In this document: one piece after another, positions 10,565 to 20,547 of the stretch
Layout: every line of letters begins with the position of its first letter
How positions within the stretch are numbered: position 1 is the stretch's first letter
Source: Chrysochromulina tobinii
Taxonomy: Eukaryota
DNA length: 33,134 nt
Reading direction: 5' to 3'
Assembly (NCBI GenBank): GCA_001275005.1
Contig: JWZX01002795.1
Location: forward strand, 1 to 33,134
The notes under the pieces: model-generated
Database searches by the model: none
The model's input: only the letters and a program-made list of their open reading frames with translations
What the model was told of the DNA's origin: nothing
Made by a program: the position numbers and the translations under genes

Positions 10565-10994
10565 TCTCTTTTATAATATCTATCCCCCGCGCCCGCGCTC
10601 TCCCTGGCGTCGTCTTCCGGCCTCCCGCCCCTGCGGGCTGCGCGCGCGATCCCCCGGGGCGCCGCCGCGCGGGGGCGGTCACGGCGCGGCCGCCGGGTCA
10701 GCGTGACGTCGTTACGGCGGCGCGCGCGCGGGCGCACGGAGGTCTCGGACCCGCGACGCGCGACGGCCGGTCGCCGACGCCGATCGGAAATCTGTGGGCG
10801 GTCCGGTCCGCGTGGGCCGTGGCGGCCCCCCGGCCGAGACGACAGACGTATCTCGTAATGCCCCCGCGGGCGGCGTGGGGCGTGCGCTCGCCGCCGCGCC
10901 CCGCGAATCGAATCGGGACCGTTTTCCACACGTTCGTACGCAATTTCCGGCTTCTGCCCGCGCGCGCATCGATGCCCGCGTGTGCATAATCTAC
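10565..10994 (+). mobile_element. Possible non-autonomous Helitron-like element
   Basis: AT-rich 5' end a|TCTCTTTTATAATA and a very GC-rich body. A near-perfect 20-bp palindrome cgcgcgcatc|gatgcccgcg (10961-10980) lies 10 nt before CTAC. The canonical Helitron end is CTRR followed by T, so the match is imperfect. Confidence 0.3.
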
Positions 10995-11040
10995 AACTCC
11001 CGGAACACACTCTAAGATTTCAAGGACACCTGCCCGCCCT

Positions 11041-12888
11041 TTACGCTGCTCGGAGCGTGAGGAAGGTGCCCACGATGCCCAAGAAGGTGCCGAGTGGCAG
11101 AAGCAGGAAGCCAACAGGCGTGGCCCAAACCTTGCGAGGACGTGGCCGACGGACGGCGCCGTAGATGAGCGCCGGGAAGATATAGATGATCGCCGCGCCC
11201 AGGAGCGCGCCCGAAATCCCTACCGGTACGGCAATGTCTGGCAGCGTGAGCGCGAGCGCCGTGGCAAGGCTGAGCAGCCCGAGGATCAGTGGCGTGTGGC
11301 TGCGATCTGCCGTGAGGGATCTGGCCAGTTGGCCAAGGGGGCGCGGGAGCGACGGCGCCATGCTGACGCTCAAGCCGCGCACAGCGTCGTAGAGGCCCTT
11401 GAAGGCCAGCGGGTAGCCCACGGCGATGGAGACGAAGGTCGCAGCGCGCGCGGCGACAGCGAGAGGGTCATTCGGAGCGAAGTTGAGGAGCATATTGGGA
11501 GCTGACGCGTCGCCGAAGAGCGCATAGCTGCGAGTGCAGGGCGAGGTTGAGGGGTTGGGACAAGGCAGAATGGAAGGGTAGCGTGGACGCAGGTGAAGGC
11601 AGAATGGAAGGGTAGCGTGGACGCGAGGTGAAGGCAGAATGGAAGGGTAGCGTGGACGCAGGTGAAGGCAGAATGGAGGGGTAGCGTGCCAAGGATGGAA
11701 GGGTAGCGTGGCAAGGATGGAAGGGTAGCGTGGCAAAGCGCAAGGCGAAGGCGCGCATGGCGAGGCCAGGCTTCCGAGGTGCGAGGCGAGTAGGTGCGGC
11801 GGGGTTAAGGCGTCGAGGTCGCACCCGCCGGCCATCATGACAGTGTAGAGGGCGGTCAACAGACCGAAAGCCAGGGTGCAGGCCGTTGCCCAGCGCGAGG
11901 CCGATTTGCGGCGAAGGGCGTTGTAGAACCTCGGCACGTTGTAGTGAGCGCGGAACGAGAGGCCGAGGTTCGAGAGCAGGATGAACGCAGCCGAGTCGAG
12001 ATGCCATAGCGAGGCGGACGCGAACGAGGGGATGAGAGAGACGGGCAGGGCTGCGAGAAAGGGCGAGCCGCTGCCGAGCCTGTACGAGCCGTCGAGCCAC
12101 CGCACGAGCACGACGGCCATCGTCGACAGCACGGCTCCGGTGCCGACAGTCGATGTGAACGCGAGCTTGGACACGTCTTTGATCAGACAAAGTGGCGCGA
12201 TGACCGACACCGTGATGGCGAGCAGCGCCGCGGTGCGAAAGACGGCGGGGGCGACGGCGGCGGCGGCGGTAGGGAAGGCGACGGTGCCAAGTGAGGCGAG
12301 GAGATCGGCCATGATCGTCGAGTAGATGATCGCGGTCAAGAAGGTCATGATCGAGATGCAAGAGTCGACCACCCACGCAGTCTTCTCGCCGAGCGTTCGC
12401 GACCAAAGCTCCTTGAACGATTTGGCACTTGCGAATTCGCACGCGGCGCCGATGGTGTAAAAGGTGAAGCCGCTGATGGCGCCGACGGCGCTACAGGTGG
12501 CGATCGCCGGCACCATCCCGACCCCACGCATACCATAAGACAGTGTCAGGATGCCCGCGCCCGCAACGTTGTTGAAGATGTTGACCACGGTCGCGAGGAT
12601 AGTCGAGCCCTCAGCTTCCAGTCCCATGCCAGCAACTGCTGCTGAATTGGACACGTCCTCCGACCAAACAAATCCAGTGGGTGGAACCGGCAAAGTCGAC
12701 GAAAGGAGGAGGGGACCATGGCGTCGGCCGAGCGCCGACGCGCCGAATGTTACGCTGGAAAGCCTCGGTAGCGCAGGCTGCGACGAACAGCAGCGCAACT
12801 CGCAAAGACGGCCGCGCCGATGCCATTCTTTGATGCCAACGTGGGCGCGCCGACAGGCCGTCGTTCGAGAGGCTATTGTGGTCGCCAT
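11041..12888 (-). CDS. Amino-acid transporter (Aa_trans/SLC38-like), one intron; start uncertain
   Basis: Motifs [47 protein letters not shown] and [14 protein letters not shown]. Intron 11824-11528 (GTGCGA...TCGCAG) joins MMAGG/YALFGD. The in-frame ATG is at 12888, but a better presequence starts at ATG 12826 in another frame (see findings). Confidence 0.85.
   Translation of the reverse strand: MATTIASRTTACRRAHVGIKEWHRRGRLCELRCCSSQPALPRLSSVTFGASALGRRHGPLLLSSTLPVPPTGFVWSEDVSNSAAVAGMGLEAEGSTILATVVNIFNNVAGAGILTLSYGMRGVGMVPAIATCSAVGAISGFTFYTIGAACEFASAKSFKELWSRTLGEKTAWVVDSCISIMTFLTAIIYSTIMADLLASLGTVAFPTAAAAVAPAVFRTAALLAITVSVIAPLCLIKDVSKLAFTSTVGTGAVLSTMAVVLVRWLDGSYRLGSGSPFLAALPVSLIPSFASASLWHLDSAAFILLSNLGLSFRAHYNVPRFYNALRRKSASRWATACTLAFGLLTALYTVMMAGGCDLDALTPPHLLASHLGSLASPCAPSPCALPRYPSILATLPFHPWHATPPFCLHLRPRYPSILPSPRVHATLPFCLHLRPRYPSILPCPNPSTSPCTRSYALFGDASAPNMLLNFAPNDPLAVAARAATFVSIAVGYPLAFKGLYDAVRGLSVSMAPSLPRPLGQLARSLTADRSHTPLILGLLSLATALALTLPDIAVPVGISGALLGAAIIYIFPALIYGAVRRPRPRKVWATPVGFLLLPLGTFLGIVGTFLTLRAA
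11562..11734. repeat. Intronic minisatellite
   Basis: Three 34-35 bp units aaggcagaatggaagggtagcgtggacgc(g)aggtg, then three shorter units sharing the core atgga(a/g)gggtagcgtg. Confidence 0.95.
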
Positions 12889-13117
12889 CTCGGGGAAGCT
12901 CACCTGAGATCTGAAACGTCACGTTGACCGGAGATTTTTTTGGCCGGTACACTGCATGTACATGGATATGTAGACCCCTCCCTCGACAGGAGTTTGCTTG
13001 AGAAACCATACAAACTTCCTACGAACTTCACTGGTCGAGTTCGGGACGACAACGGCGACAACGGCCCTCTCTCGTGGCAACTGAGCCGCAGCCAAACGTG
13101 GAGAACCGCACACCACC

Positions 13118-15211
13118 ATGCCTTCGACCGACTACGACAAGTGGGCAAAGATCGAAAAGGAGATCCCGGAGGATGAGGAGGAGAAAGCGCTGAAACGACT
13201 CAAGGAGCAGAAGGCGAACATGAGCGAGGAAGAGGTGCGTCGGCTGCATGACTGCTGGGAGAAGCCCGAGTTCAAGGCGATGTTCCACGAGTACGCTGAG
13301 GAAGTATCGGACCCAAAGCACAAGGCTGAGCAGGAGGCCTACCTCCAACAGGTAGAGCAGGAGCAGCGCGCCGAGCGCGACGCCAAGAATGGCTTCCTCA
13401 ACGGCCGCTCGGCAGCGAGCTTCGGCATCCACGAGATTGGCGGCGGTGAGCCAGGCAGCGACCCGATCGGCAACTACGTACCGGGTCAACCCGGCGCCCC
13501 CGAGGGTTCGCAGCTGCTCACGCCGATCGAAGGCTTCGTCCTCAAGACGTGGAAGCGTCAGCCGGGCCGCTCCGACTTTGACCGCGAGTTCGGCAAGGTC
13601 TTCATCAACGTGGTGCACCACGCGGAAATTGAGAAGCCGAGCGCGCAGGAGGTGACGGCACCCGACGGGCGGCGTGGCCAGAGCTGGTCGATGCCGCATC
13701 TCGTCTCACCCAAGATCAAGGAGGAGAATGACAAGGCGGGGCACCAGTGCACCGTGGTGGACATCTGCTTCCACAGCGAAGTCATCAAGCGGTGCGACGC
13801 GCCCAACGGGATGGGCGATCGCTGGCGAGAGATGGTGGCAAAGACGGCCGTCGAAATGGTTGGCAGGCTGCACCAGCTCGACCTCGACGCCGAGTTCAAG
13901 CTCCTCAAGATGAAGTACCATGGGCCTGAGGGCCAAAAGGGATGCTCCACCATGTCTTGGAAGCCTCAGAAGGGGTTTGGTGACGTGACGGAGACGGCGA
14001 CGGGCACGACGGCGGCGCCCGCGGGCGGCAGTGAAGCCGCCGCCAGGGCGACCGGTGCCAAGGCGACAGGCGGCAGCGGCGCCGCCTCTTCCACGGCCAA
14101 GCCGCCGCCGGCAAAGCCTAAGCCTTCCACGGAGGCCGCGCGCGCGGAGGCGGCGCCGGCGAGCGCAGCGACGCCCGAGGAGGTGGCGGCGGCGGCCAAG
14201 GCGGCGGCCAAGGCGACGAAAGAGCAGGCTGCCGCCAAGGCCTCCCAGTTCGCGCGCCTGCCCAACGCACCCACGCAGAAGCAGTGGCGCGAGCCCAAGT
14301 ACAGCGTGGTGCACCGTGGTGTGGGCGACCTGGGGCAGACGTGGAACGACACGAAGCTCTCAAGTTCGGGCCGCCCTCGCGAGCTATGCATCAAGGTGGA
14401 GCTGCCCGAGCTGAGCTCGGCGGCCGAGATCGATCTCGACATCACCGAGCGACAGCTCGAGCTGAGCCACGAGGGGGTAGGCTACAAGCTGCATGTGCAG
14501 CTGCCGTACCCGGTGATGTACGATCAGGGGTCGGCTAAGTTCGACAAGGCCAAGAAGGTGCTCTCGATCACTGTGCCTGTGCGCGCCGAGGTGGCGCCGA
14601 TGTCGCATTGGACCCAGCTCACCCCCGCCGATAAAGACGCCGAGGCGCAAGTGGAGGCAGAGCGAGCGGCCGAGAAGGCGGCCAAGCAGGCGGCGGCCGA
14701 GGCGGAGGAACAGCGCCGCCTAGCTGAGAGGGAAGCTCGCCAGACGCGCGCGAAGCTGGAGGATGAGGAACGGCAGAGGCGCATCGCCCAGGCAACGGCG
14801 CAGGCGGAGAAGGAGGCGCAGCGTCGCGCACGCCAGCTTGCCGCAAATCCCCCTCCACACAAGCCCACGCCAAAGTACGTGAATGAATGGGATGTGATTG
14901 AGCCTGCAGAGGCCCTTGAGGCACGTCAAGCGTCGCCACCCGCAGCGGCTGCCAAGGAGATGGCCACGGTTGCGACGACGGTGACAGCACAACCGCCCGC
15001 CCCAGCTGCTGACGCTGCGCCTCCTTCCCTCGAGGCGAGCGCGCCCGAGGCGGTGCCACCCGCGCCCAAGGCGGCGCCACCTGCGCCCAAGGCGCCGTCA
15101 CCAGCGCCCAAGGCGGCGCCTCCCGCACCCGCGCCGCCGCCGCCGCCTGCCGCGCCAGCTGTGCCCGGGCTGCCGGCCCTCTCGAACGAGCTGCTGTACG
15201 AGCTCGATTGA
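13118..15211 (+). CDS. DNAAF2: Kintoun/PF13 (dynein axonemal assembly factor 2); PIH1 and CS domains
   Basis: Kintoun-type N-terminus EFKAMFHEYAEEVSDPKHKAEQEAYLQQVE. PIH1 motifs GFVLKT, KVFINV, SWSMPHLVS and DKAGHQCTVVDICFH. CS domain PKYSVVHRG..RPRELCIKVELP..LPYPV..SAKFDKAKKVLSITVPV. C-terminus LSNELLYELD. Confidence 0.88.
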   Translation: MPSTDYDKWAKIEKEIPEDEEEKALKRLKEQKANMSEEEVRRLHDCWEKPEFKAMFHEYAEEVSDPKHKAEQEAYLQQVEQEQRAERDAKNGFLNGRSAASFGIHEIGGGEPGSDPIGNYVPGQPGAPEGSQLLTPIEGFVLKTWKRQPGRSDFDREFGKVFINVVHHAEIEKPSAQEVTAPDGRRGQSWSMPHLVSPKIKEENDKAGHQCTVVDICFHSEVIKRCDAPNGMGDRWREMVAKTAVEMVGRLHQLDLDAEFKLLKMKYHGPEGQKGCSTMSWKPQKGFGDVTETATGTTAAPAGGSEAAARATGAKATGGSGAASSTAKPPPAKPKPSTEAARAEAAPASAATPEEVAAAAKAAAKATKEQAAAKASQFARLPNAPTQKQWREPKYSVVHRGVGDLGQTWNDTKLSSSGRPRELCIKVELPELSSAAEIDLDITERQLELSHEGVGYKLHVQLPYPVMYDQGSAKFDKAKKVLSITVPVRAEVAPMSHWTQLTPADKDAEAQVEAERAAEKAAKQAAAEAEEQRRLAEREARQTRAKLEDEERQRRIAQATAQAEKEAQRRARQLAANPPPHKPTPKYVNEWDVIEPAEALEARQASPPAAAAKEMATVATTVTAQPPAPAADAAPPSLEASAPEAVPPAPKAAPPAPKAPSPAPKAAPPAPAPPPPPAAPAVPGLPALSNELLYELD

Positions 15212-15680
15212 ATGATGGAAGGCGCGAGACACCGTGGTCGACCGACGCCCGAAATCCCCTCCCAACGGCAAATGGGAGCTTCAGAAGTCAATTCTGGCGA
15301 GAAGCTCACTCTCGGTGGCAGTGCAGGGGCTGGCGAGGCGGCGCAGCGATGGGCTGATAGAGAATGCATGCCTCTTTGCTCCGAGCACAGACGGGGCAGA
15401 GACCGTCGGCTTGAGGCAATTGCGCGGACGCGCAACACCATGGAGACGCATACAGAAGCGCGCGCGCGTCTAGAGGCGGTGTCCGGTGATATTCGGATGT
15501 TGCGAATTGACGATTTGAAAGAATGGTGAGAGATTTGGTACAGCCGTCGCACTGTGATCGCCCAGCGACCAGAAAGGGATGCAGAAAGGCCAGATCCGGT
15601 CGACGTCAGTGGTCAGAAGAGAGAAGTTACGGTCACTCAGGATCGGATAATCGCGCCGCCCGGGCCTCGTCCGGCCGCTC

Positions 15681-15800
15681 TACACATGGAAAATAGTAGA
15701 CCACAGTCCCCCTTGGGTCAACCATTCAATTCCCAAACAGGTGTAGGGTTGGGCGGCCTTATACACATGAAAAATAGTCGAGACCACGCTCGCCCCCTTG
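15681..15800. repeat. Imperfect direct repeat pair in the convergent intergenic region
   Basis: tacacatggaaaatagt--agaccacagtcccccttg (from 15681) versus tacacatgaaaaatagtcgagaccacgctcgcccccttg (from 15762). Confidence 0.8.
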
Positions 15801-15921
15801 AGGCGCCTTGGCGCTTGGGTTCAAGCTAGGGCCGAGAAGTCCGATCTCCGTCAGAGAATGAGGCTCTACAGCACATAGGATATTTCATACTACTGTACGA
15901 AACTCATTCGGCTTTACGGCT

Positions 15922-16764
15922 TTACACAAGGGTCCCTACTACCGTAGGGACCCTTTCTTCCAAGGGGATGTGCACGCCCCGGTGCAAACGCTTTCTGAGC
16001 ACGAGCAAATGGGAATTGTGGTCCACGACATTCGTCGTGTCAATGGGCGCAAATTGGTACTGATTAGCGGGCCTTCGCAAGCTGTCCGCCCACTTCCTGA
16101 ACGATGGGTGGCCGACTGCCGTGTCGACGAATATTGCATGATTATTGCTCAAGATGCTGTATGCTGCTGCGCTCGGATTGTGCACCATCGGCACGGAGCC
16201 GCTCTTCTCAAGCTTGCCGTCGTACAGGCCAGAGTGTCGATTGGCTCCAGTGGCCATATCCTCGATGATATAATATCCGCCAGGTTTCACGATGGGCCAC
16301 AAAGTCAACAGCGTCCGCTCCTGGCCTGCTGGCGAGTGGTCGCCGTCATCAATCACAATGTCCATGGTGCCATGAGCTATCCCAAAGCGCTTCAGATCCT
16401 TGGAATCCTTCGAGCTCCCCAACAAAAGGCGCACGCGCCGCAAGGTGTGGCCACTGGCGTTCAGAAACTCTCGGGCAGCCGTGAGGGCTGATGCAGAGCG
16501 ATCGATGGCATGTACCGTCGCACGTGGAAAGTAATCCAGCCACATTGGCACCGAGTGCCCGTAGAGGACACCGACCTCAGTGATGTTTTCCACGACCTCA
16601 CGCAAAGGGTCGAACAGCATTGCATAGAGGTCTGTGTACTTGTGATGCTCTCGTCGTTTATCTGTGCCGAATCGTGACGCAAGCTGCTCGATCCACCGCT
16701 CCGCTTTGCACGTGCAGGCAAAGCCAGCCAGTACGAGACATTGGATGAGCATGCACGCTCGCAT
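15922..16764 (-). CDS. Class I SAM-dependent methyltransferase with signal peptide (sugar O-methyltransferase/Methyltransf_24-like)
   Basis: Signal peptide MRACMLIQCLVLAGFACTCKA. Motifs FGTDK..HKYTDLY, EVGVLYGHSVPMWLDYFPRATVHAID, DIVIDDGDH and LWPIVKPGGYYIIEDM. Confidence 0.85.
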   Translation of the reverse strand: MRACMLIQCLVLAGFACTCKAERWIEQLASRFGTDKRREHHKYTDLYAMLFDPLREVVENITEVGVLYGHSVPMWLDYFPRATVHAIDRSASALTAAREFLNASGHTLRRVRLLLGSSKDSKDLKRFGIAHGTMDIVIDDGDHSPAGQERTLLTLWPIVKPGGYYIIEDMATGANRHSGLYDGKLEKSGSVPMVHNPSAAAYSILSNNHAIFVDTAVGHPSFRKWADSLRRPANQYQFAPIDTTNVVDHNSHLLVLRKRLHRGVHIPLEERVPTVVGTLV

Positions 16765-17010
16765 GTCGGCTTGCTAAAGTATCCGCGGGAAAGCGCCCGA
16801 CCGACGTTCTTTACGACCGCAACACTCTCTGCGTCCTTCAGACAACGCCAACCAGTTCGGCCGCGCGGCGCGCGCCTGGCACCTCACTTTTGGAAAGGAC
16901 ATTCGGCAGACTTCGGAAATGCAGACACGGGAAATGTTCAGCGATTACTATGTAGTCAATGCAGCCTTCATCCAGTCCAGTTTGCCGTACTTGCGTCCTT
17001 ACGGCTGGCA

Positions 17011-17116
17011 CCGTATTACGCACCTGCGTATTATTCAGCATTCAAATGTCAGCATTTTTTGTATTGCGTATTTTTGACCCGCATTACGTCGTATTGCGCA
17101 TTGCGTATAGCGTATG
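17011..17116. repeat. Degenerate cluster of (G)CGTATT/CGCATT motifs
   Basis: ccgtattacg, gcgtattatt, tgtattgcgtatt, cgcattacgtcgtattgcgcattgcgtatagcgtatg, all within about 100 bp of AT-richer DNA. Confidence 0.65.
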
Positions 17117-17269
17117 TCTGCATTTTTCTTTACAGGTAAATGCTCAACACGCAAGGAGCGCGCGCTCGCGGCGGCGCCACGTCTGTGATCATGGACGGGG
17201 GTGTAGTACGCGTGCGTGCGCTGTCGGCACTCGTGCGGACCGTGCTCACCTTGCTTTTGACGGGTGCAA

Positions 17270-19450
17270 ATGGTCGCTACCGTTGCAACACTTACGTGCA
17301 CTTGCTTCTCCGTATGCACCCGCGAATCTACACTCGCCTTCGTCAGGCTGCTTTGGACGGCAGAGTCCTTGAGGTCGAATGAATCAGCATGGTTTCCATA
17401 CCTGCGAGCAGTTTACGGCGAGGCACTAAAGTTTCCTTTCAATCTTCGGAATTTGAGATTCGTATACCAGGCAAATTCAAGGTGGCGTGCTTTGCATCCT
17501 GAAGTTGATTGGCCTCTGGCCGCCTGCCGAAGATCAGACTCGCAGGATGAAGGCCGCCCACCACGTTGCAAGGACTGCAGCAGATTTGGAGTTGGAAGCG
17601 GAGCGTCTGCTACAAGCGACGCCGTCCCCAAGGGTGGGGATACAGGCCGCGAGATCTATTACATGAACGGCGTCTCGCTTGGCGTGCGTTGGTACTTTCG
17701 TGAGGACTCGAACGCGAACGCTGTGCAGTCCTATGGCTGGGCGGAGGTGATTCGGTGGCGCATGCCAGGCGAGGGCAGCAACGGCACCGGCGTTTGGTTT
17801 GCACCAGCAGTTGGCTCAAACATATTCATCAACGTAGGCAATACATTGCGGTTAGCGAGCAAACAGGGAGCGCTCAAGCCGCTGTTGAGCCGTTGGTCGA
17901 CGCAGCGCAACTTGTCGACAACACCCAAGGATGAGCGCGGCGTTCGTGAGCTCGTCGGGGCCGAGCTGCAAGGACACCACACGACCGCGTATCTGGCCTA
18001 CCTGGGGTATGAGCTCAGCTTTGATAGCCTTCAGTTCGCTGAAGGCTCAGAGCGCCGACCTCTCGGCCACGACACTGCGAGGTTGAGGTTGATCTATCAA
18101 CCAGAGATAGTCATGACCTCTTCCCAGAGCTTTGTCAAGCCGGATTGCTGCGATGGATGCGACGTGGCGACCAAGGCACGGGAGTGTGCACGAGGGCCTA
18201 CAACGTGTGGCCAAGGCATCGAGCTGCGCAAGTTATCCGGGGCGAGATGCATTTGCAGCGAGCAAATCGAGATACTCAACTGCGATGCCGAAGGCCCAAC
18301 CACTGGCACAGCGGATCCACGCTTGCACGAGCGAAGAACAAATGGGTCATCAACGCTGAATGTTCAACTCCCCACCCAGAAGTTGCAGGTGAATCTTCAG
18401 CCTGGGCCGAGTGCTGCAGCTTTGCAGTCCCTAGATGTCAACCACAATCGCAGGACTGGGCTTTTTCCGCAGGCACTGCCGTCGGATCGTGGAGATCATG
18501 TTCTTGGCGGGCTCTGGCCCATTTCGGACAGACTTCACCTCTGGTCCCTCACGTCGGCGAGCAGAGGCGCAGCCTTTCTTGCGCACTGGCTTGCACACTA
18601 TGCACGAGTGGGCGTGCAGCACGCACGAAACACGCGCCTTAACATTCAGGAGGACCATGCGGGCGAAGAGGTGTTGCGCGACGTAAAAGCCGTCCTGGAT
18701 GCGTACGGCGTCCGTAAGTTCACCATCCGCCCTCACATGAACGCCACTTTACTGGAAGGCTTCAAGCTCGTTCTGCTCAACGAATTTATTCGCACGCGTC
18801 CGAATGACGCATACATCATTGCTGCCGACGGCGACGAATTCTTTACCTACCCTTGCGACGTGCTCCAGAGACTGCAGCGCACGAAAGACAAGCACAACCG
18901 TCCTGCCTACGCCAGCTGCGCCTTCATGCAAGATCGCGTGCCCACATCACTAAAACTGCGGAGGGTGCAGATGGAGCCGCCAATCGAAGAGCAATTCCAA
19001 AGGTGTGCAAAGATCCGCGCACTGCGCGGCGGGCTTGTCAACGGTATCAACATCCTCAAGGTCTCACTGTTCGCGGCTCGCCCCTATGGCTACTTGCCCT
19101 TTTTCATCAACGCCCACACCATTGCAGTGAATCACCCCCATTACGGGGTGCGCATAGGTGGCACCCCACAACAAGGGGGCAACATGTGCGCTTTCACCGG
19201 GCGCTTCAGTCACTACTCGATGACGTTTGAGACGCAGTCTCTCGCACGCCAGAAGCGCGATGAGGGCTACGAGCCCCTGTCATACTCACGTGTGTCGCGG
19301 TTGGCCATACCCTGCAACGATGAGACTGACTGTTACATGTTCGACTCGAAAGCTCGAAGTTATATCGAGCGCAGCAATGTGACATGCGAGGGCGCGTTGA
19401 CATCTTGCCCTGCGACGAAAATGTTCGAATTTGTGATGTTGCGGCGGTAG
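17270..19450 (+). CDS. Two-domain protein: uncharacterised N-terminal domain plus GT-A-fold (GT2/GT92-like) glycosyltransferase domain
   Basis: The C-terminal half has FLAHWLAHYARVGV and the DxD motif IIAADGDEFF. The N-terminal half has WFPYLRAVYG, WAEVIR, GVWFAPAVGSNIFINVGNT, FDSLQF, PEIV and a Cys-rich segment. The start is uncertain: ATG 17191 plus a possible intron 17264-17363 (GTGCAA...GGCAG) would add a hydrophobic N-terminus in frame. Confidence 0.7.
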   Translation: MVATVATLTCTCFSVCTRESTLAFVRLLWTAESLRSNESAWFPYLRAVYGEALKFPFNLRNLRFVYQANSRWRALHPEVDWPLAACRRSDSQDEGRPPRCKDCSRFGVGSGASATSDAVPKGGDTGREIYYMNGVSLGVRWYFREDSNANAVQSYGWAEVIRWRMPGEGSNGTGVWFAPAVGSNIFINVGNTLRLASKQGALKPLLSRWSTQRNLSTTPKDERGVRELVGAELQGHHTTAYLAYLGYELSFDSLQFAEGSERRPLGHDTARLRLIYQPEIVMTSSQSFVKPDCCDGCDVATKARECARGPTTCGQGIELRKLSGARCICSEQIEILNCDAEGPTTGTADPRLHERRTNGSSTLNVQLPTQKLQVNLQPGPSAAALQSLDVNHNRRTGLFPQALPSDRGDHVLGGLWPISDRLHLWSLTSASRGAAFLAHWLAHYARVGVQHARNTRLNIQEDHAGEEVLRDVKAVLDAYGVRKFTIRPHMNATLLEGFKLVLLNEFIRTRPNDAYIIAADGDEFFTYPCDVLQRLQRTKDKHNRPAYASCAFMQDRVPTSLKLRRVQMEPPIEEQFQRCAKIRALRGGLVNGINILKVSLFAARPYGYLPFFINAHTIAVNHPHYGVRIGGTPQQGGNMCAFTGRFSHYSMTFETQSLARQKRDEGYEPLSYSRVSRLAIPCNDETDCYMFDSKARSYIERSNVTCEGALTSCPATKMFEFVMLRR

Positions 19451-20547
19451 CGGCAGCTCGTATGTCGCCTGGGGCAGGCAGTGGCCAGAACTCGACGCAC
19501 GGCACTCAAGGGCTGGGGTTTGTTGCCAACGGCACTAGGCAAATTGACGCGTGCGGCGCCCCCTTGCGCTCTTTTGCAAGCAGGGTGCACTTGTGGAGCA
19601 TGCTCGCACCACTTGCACGCCCGGGTCTCCTGCCGCACTGGCTGTCCCACTACCGAGCACAAGGCGTTCGAGCTCAGAACGTGCACTTGCTTCTCGACGT
19701 CGAGAGCAAGAATCAGAGCAAACTTCGTGAGATGCTCAACCACACCCGTCTGACCGTCGCTGCCTTTGGCGTGACCGACGTCCAAGTAGTCCATTCGCTG
19801 GCCGATGGCCAGGGCGATTACGAGACGGTCAAACTGAATGCGTTGAATGCAAAGATTCGTGAGTTGCCAGCAGATGCGCTACTCATCTACGCGGACGGCG
19901 ACGAATTCTTCGAGTACCCGTGCGCCGCAGTGCGCGAGCTGACCGTCTCTCGCACTCGGCATGCTATCTGCGGGAGGATGATGGAACGGATGCCGGCTTG
20001 GGGCGAGCCGGCTCCCTTGCTAGAGACATGGGGCACGCCGGACCCGAGCGAGCTCCCGCGGCTCTTCCCATTGTGCGGCCGGATTCGACGCAAAGTACAG
20101 AACGCCGCTGCGGTGAAGCTGGTTTTGGTTCGCGTGCGCCCGTCTGGCTCGCCCATCAGCTTTACCACGGCTCACATTGCACGAGCAGGCTCGCTGACCT
20201 TCGGCTCGCACATGGGGCCGTCAAACTGCATCGATGCGGGCTCATTTGGCCATTACGCACTCGGCGAGGGAGCGGTCACCCTCGCGAAGAGCAAGGCCCG
20301 CTCGTTTGAAAGTAGCATCGCCCTCGACGCGTATATGCGCTCTTCGACGAGCCAGATCATGACCAAGTTTGCGTCCATGTTGGAGGCCGTGACGATGACT
20401 GGCGGGCGCGAGAGTGTGCGGCTGAGTGAAGCTGGAGCCAAGCTGCTGAACAAGTCGGCCGACGTGCACCCATGCCCTGTGCACTCGGTTCCAGAGTGCG
20501 TCGCTCACAATCTCTTGAGCTGCTTTCGCAAGGAGCAGCCAACGTGA
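19384..20547 (+). CDS. Second GT-A-like glycosyltransferase unit, paralogous to the C-terminal domain of the preceding ORF
   Basis: RVHLWSM..LLPHWLSHYRAQGV..KLNALN..LLIYADGDEFFEYPC..GSFGHYAL is collinear with RLHLWSL..FLAHWLAHYARVGV..KLVLLN..IIAADGDEFFTYPC..GRFSHYSM. It overlaps the upstream ORF by 67 nt; an alternative ATG is at 19462. Confidence 0.7.
   Translation: MRGRVDILPCDENVRICDVAAVAAARMSPGAGSGQNSTHGTQGLGFVANGTRQIDACGAPLRSFASRVHLWSMLAPLARPGLLPHWLSHYRAQGVRAQNVHLLLDVESKNQSKLREMLNHTRLTVAAFGVTDVQVVHSLADGQGDYETVKLNALNAKIRELPADALLIYADGDEFFEYPCAAVRELTVSRTRHAICGRMMERMPAWGEPAPLLETWGTPDPSELPRLFPLCGRIRRKVQNAAAVKLVLVRVRPSGSPISFTTAHIARAGSLTFGSHMGPSNCIDAGSFGHYALGEGAVTLAKSKARSFESSIALDAYMRSSTSQIMTKFASMLEAVTMTGGRESVRLSEAGAKLLNKSADVHPCPVHSVPECVAHNLLSCFRKEQPT

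Noticed and set aside
11562..11734. 34-bp repeats as a CRISPR array
   Set aside because: The units are directly adjacent with no unique spacers, lie in a spliceosomal intron, and there are no cas genes.
15212..15829. ORFs immediately downstream of kintoun (105 aa and 91 aa)
   Set aside because: Short, with no recognisable motifs; more simply 3' UTR and repeat-containing intergenic DNA.
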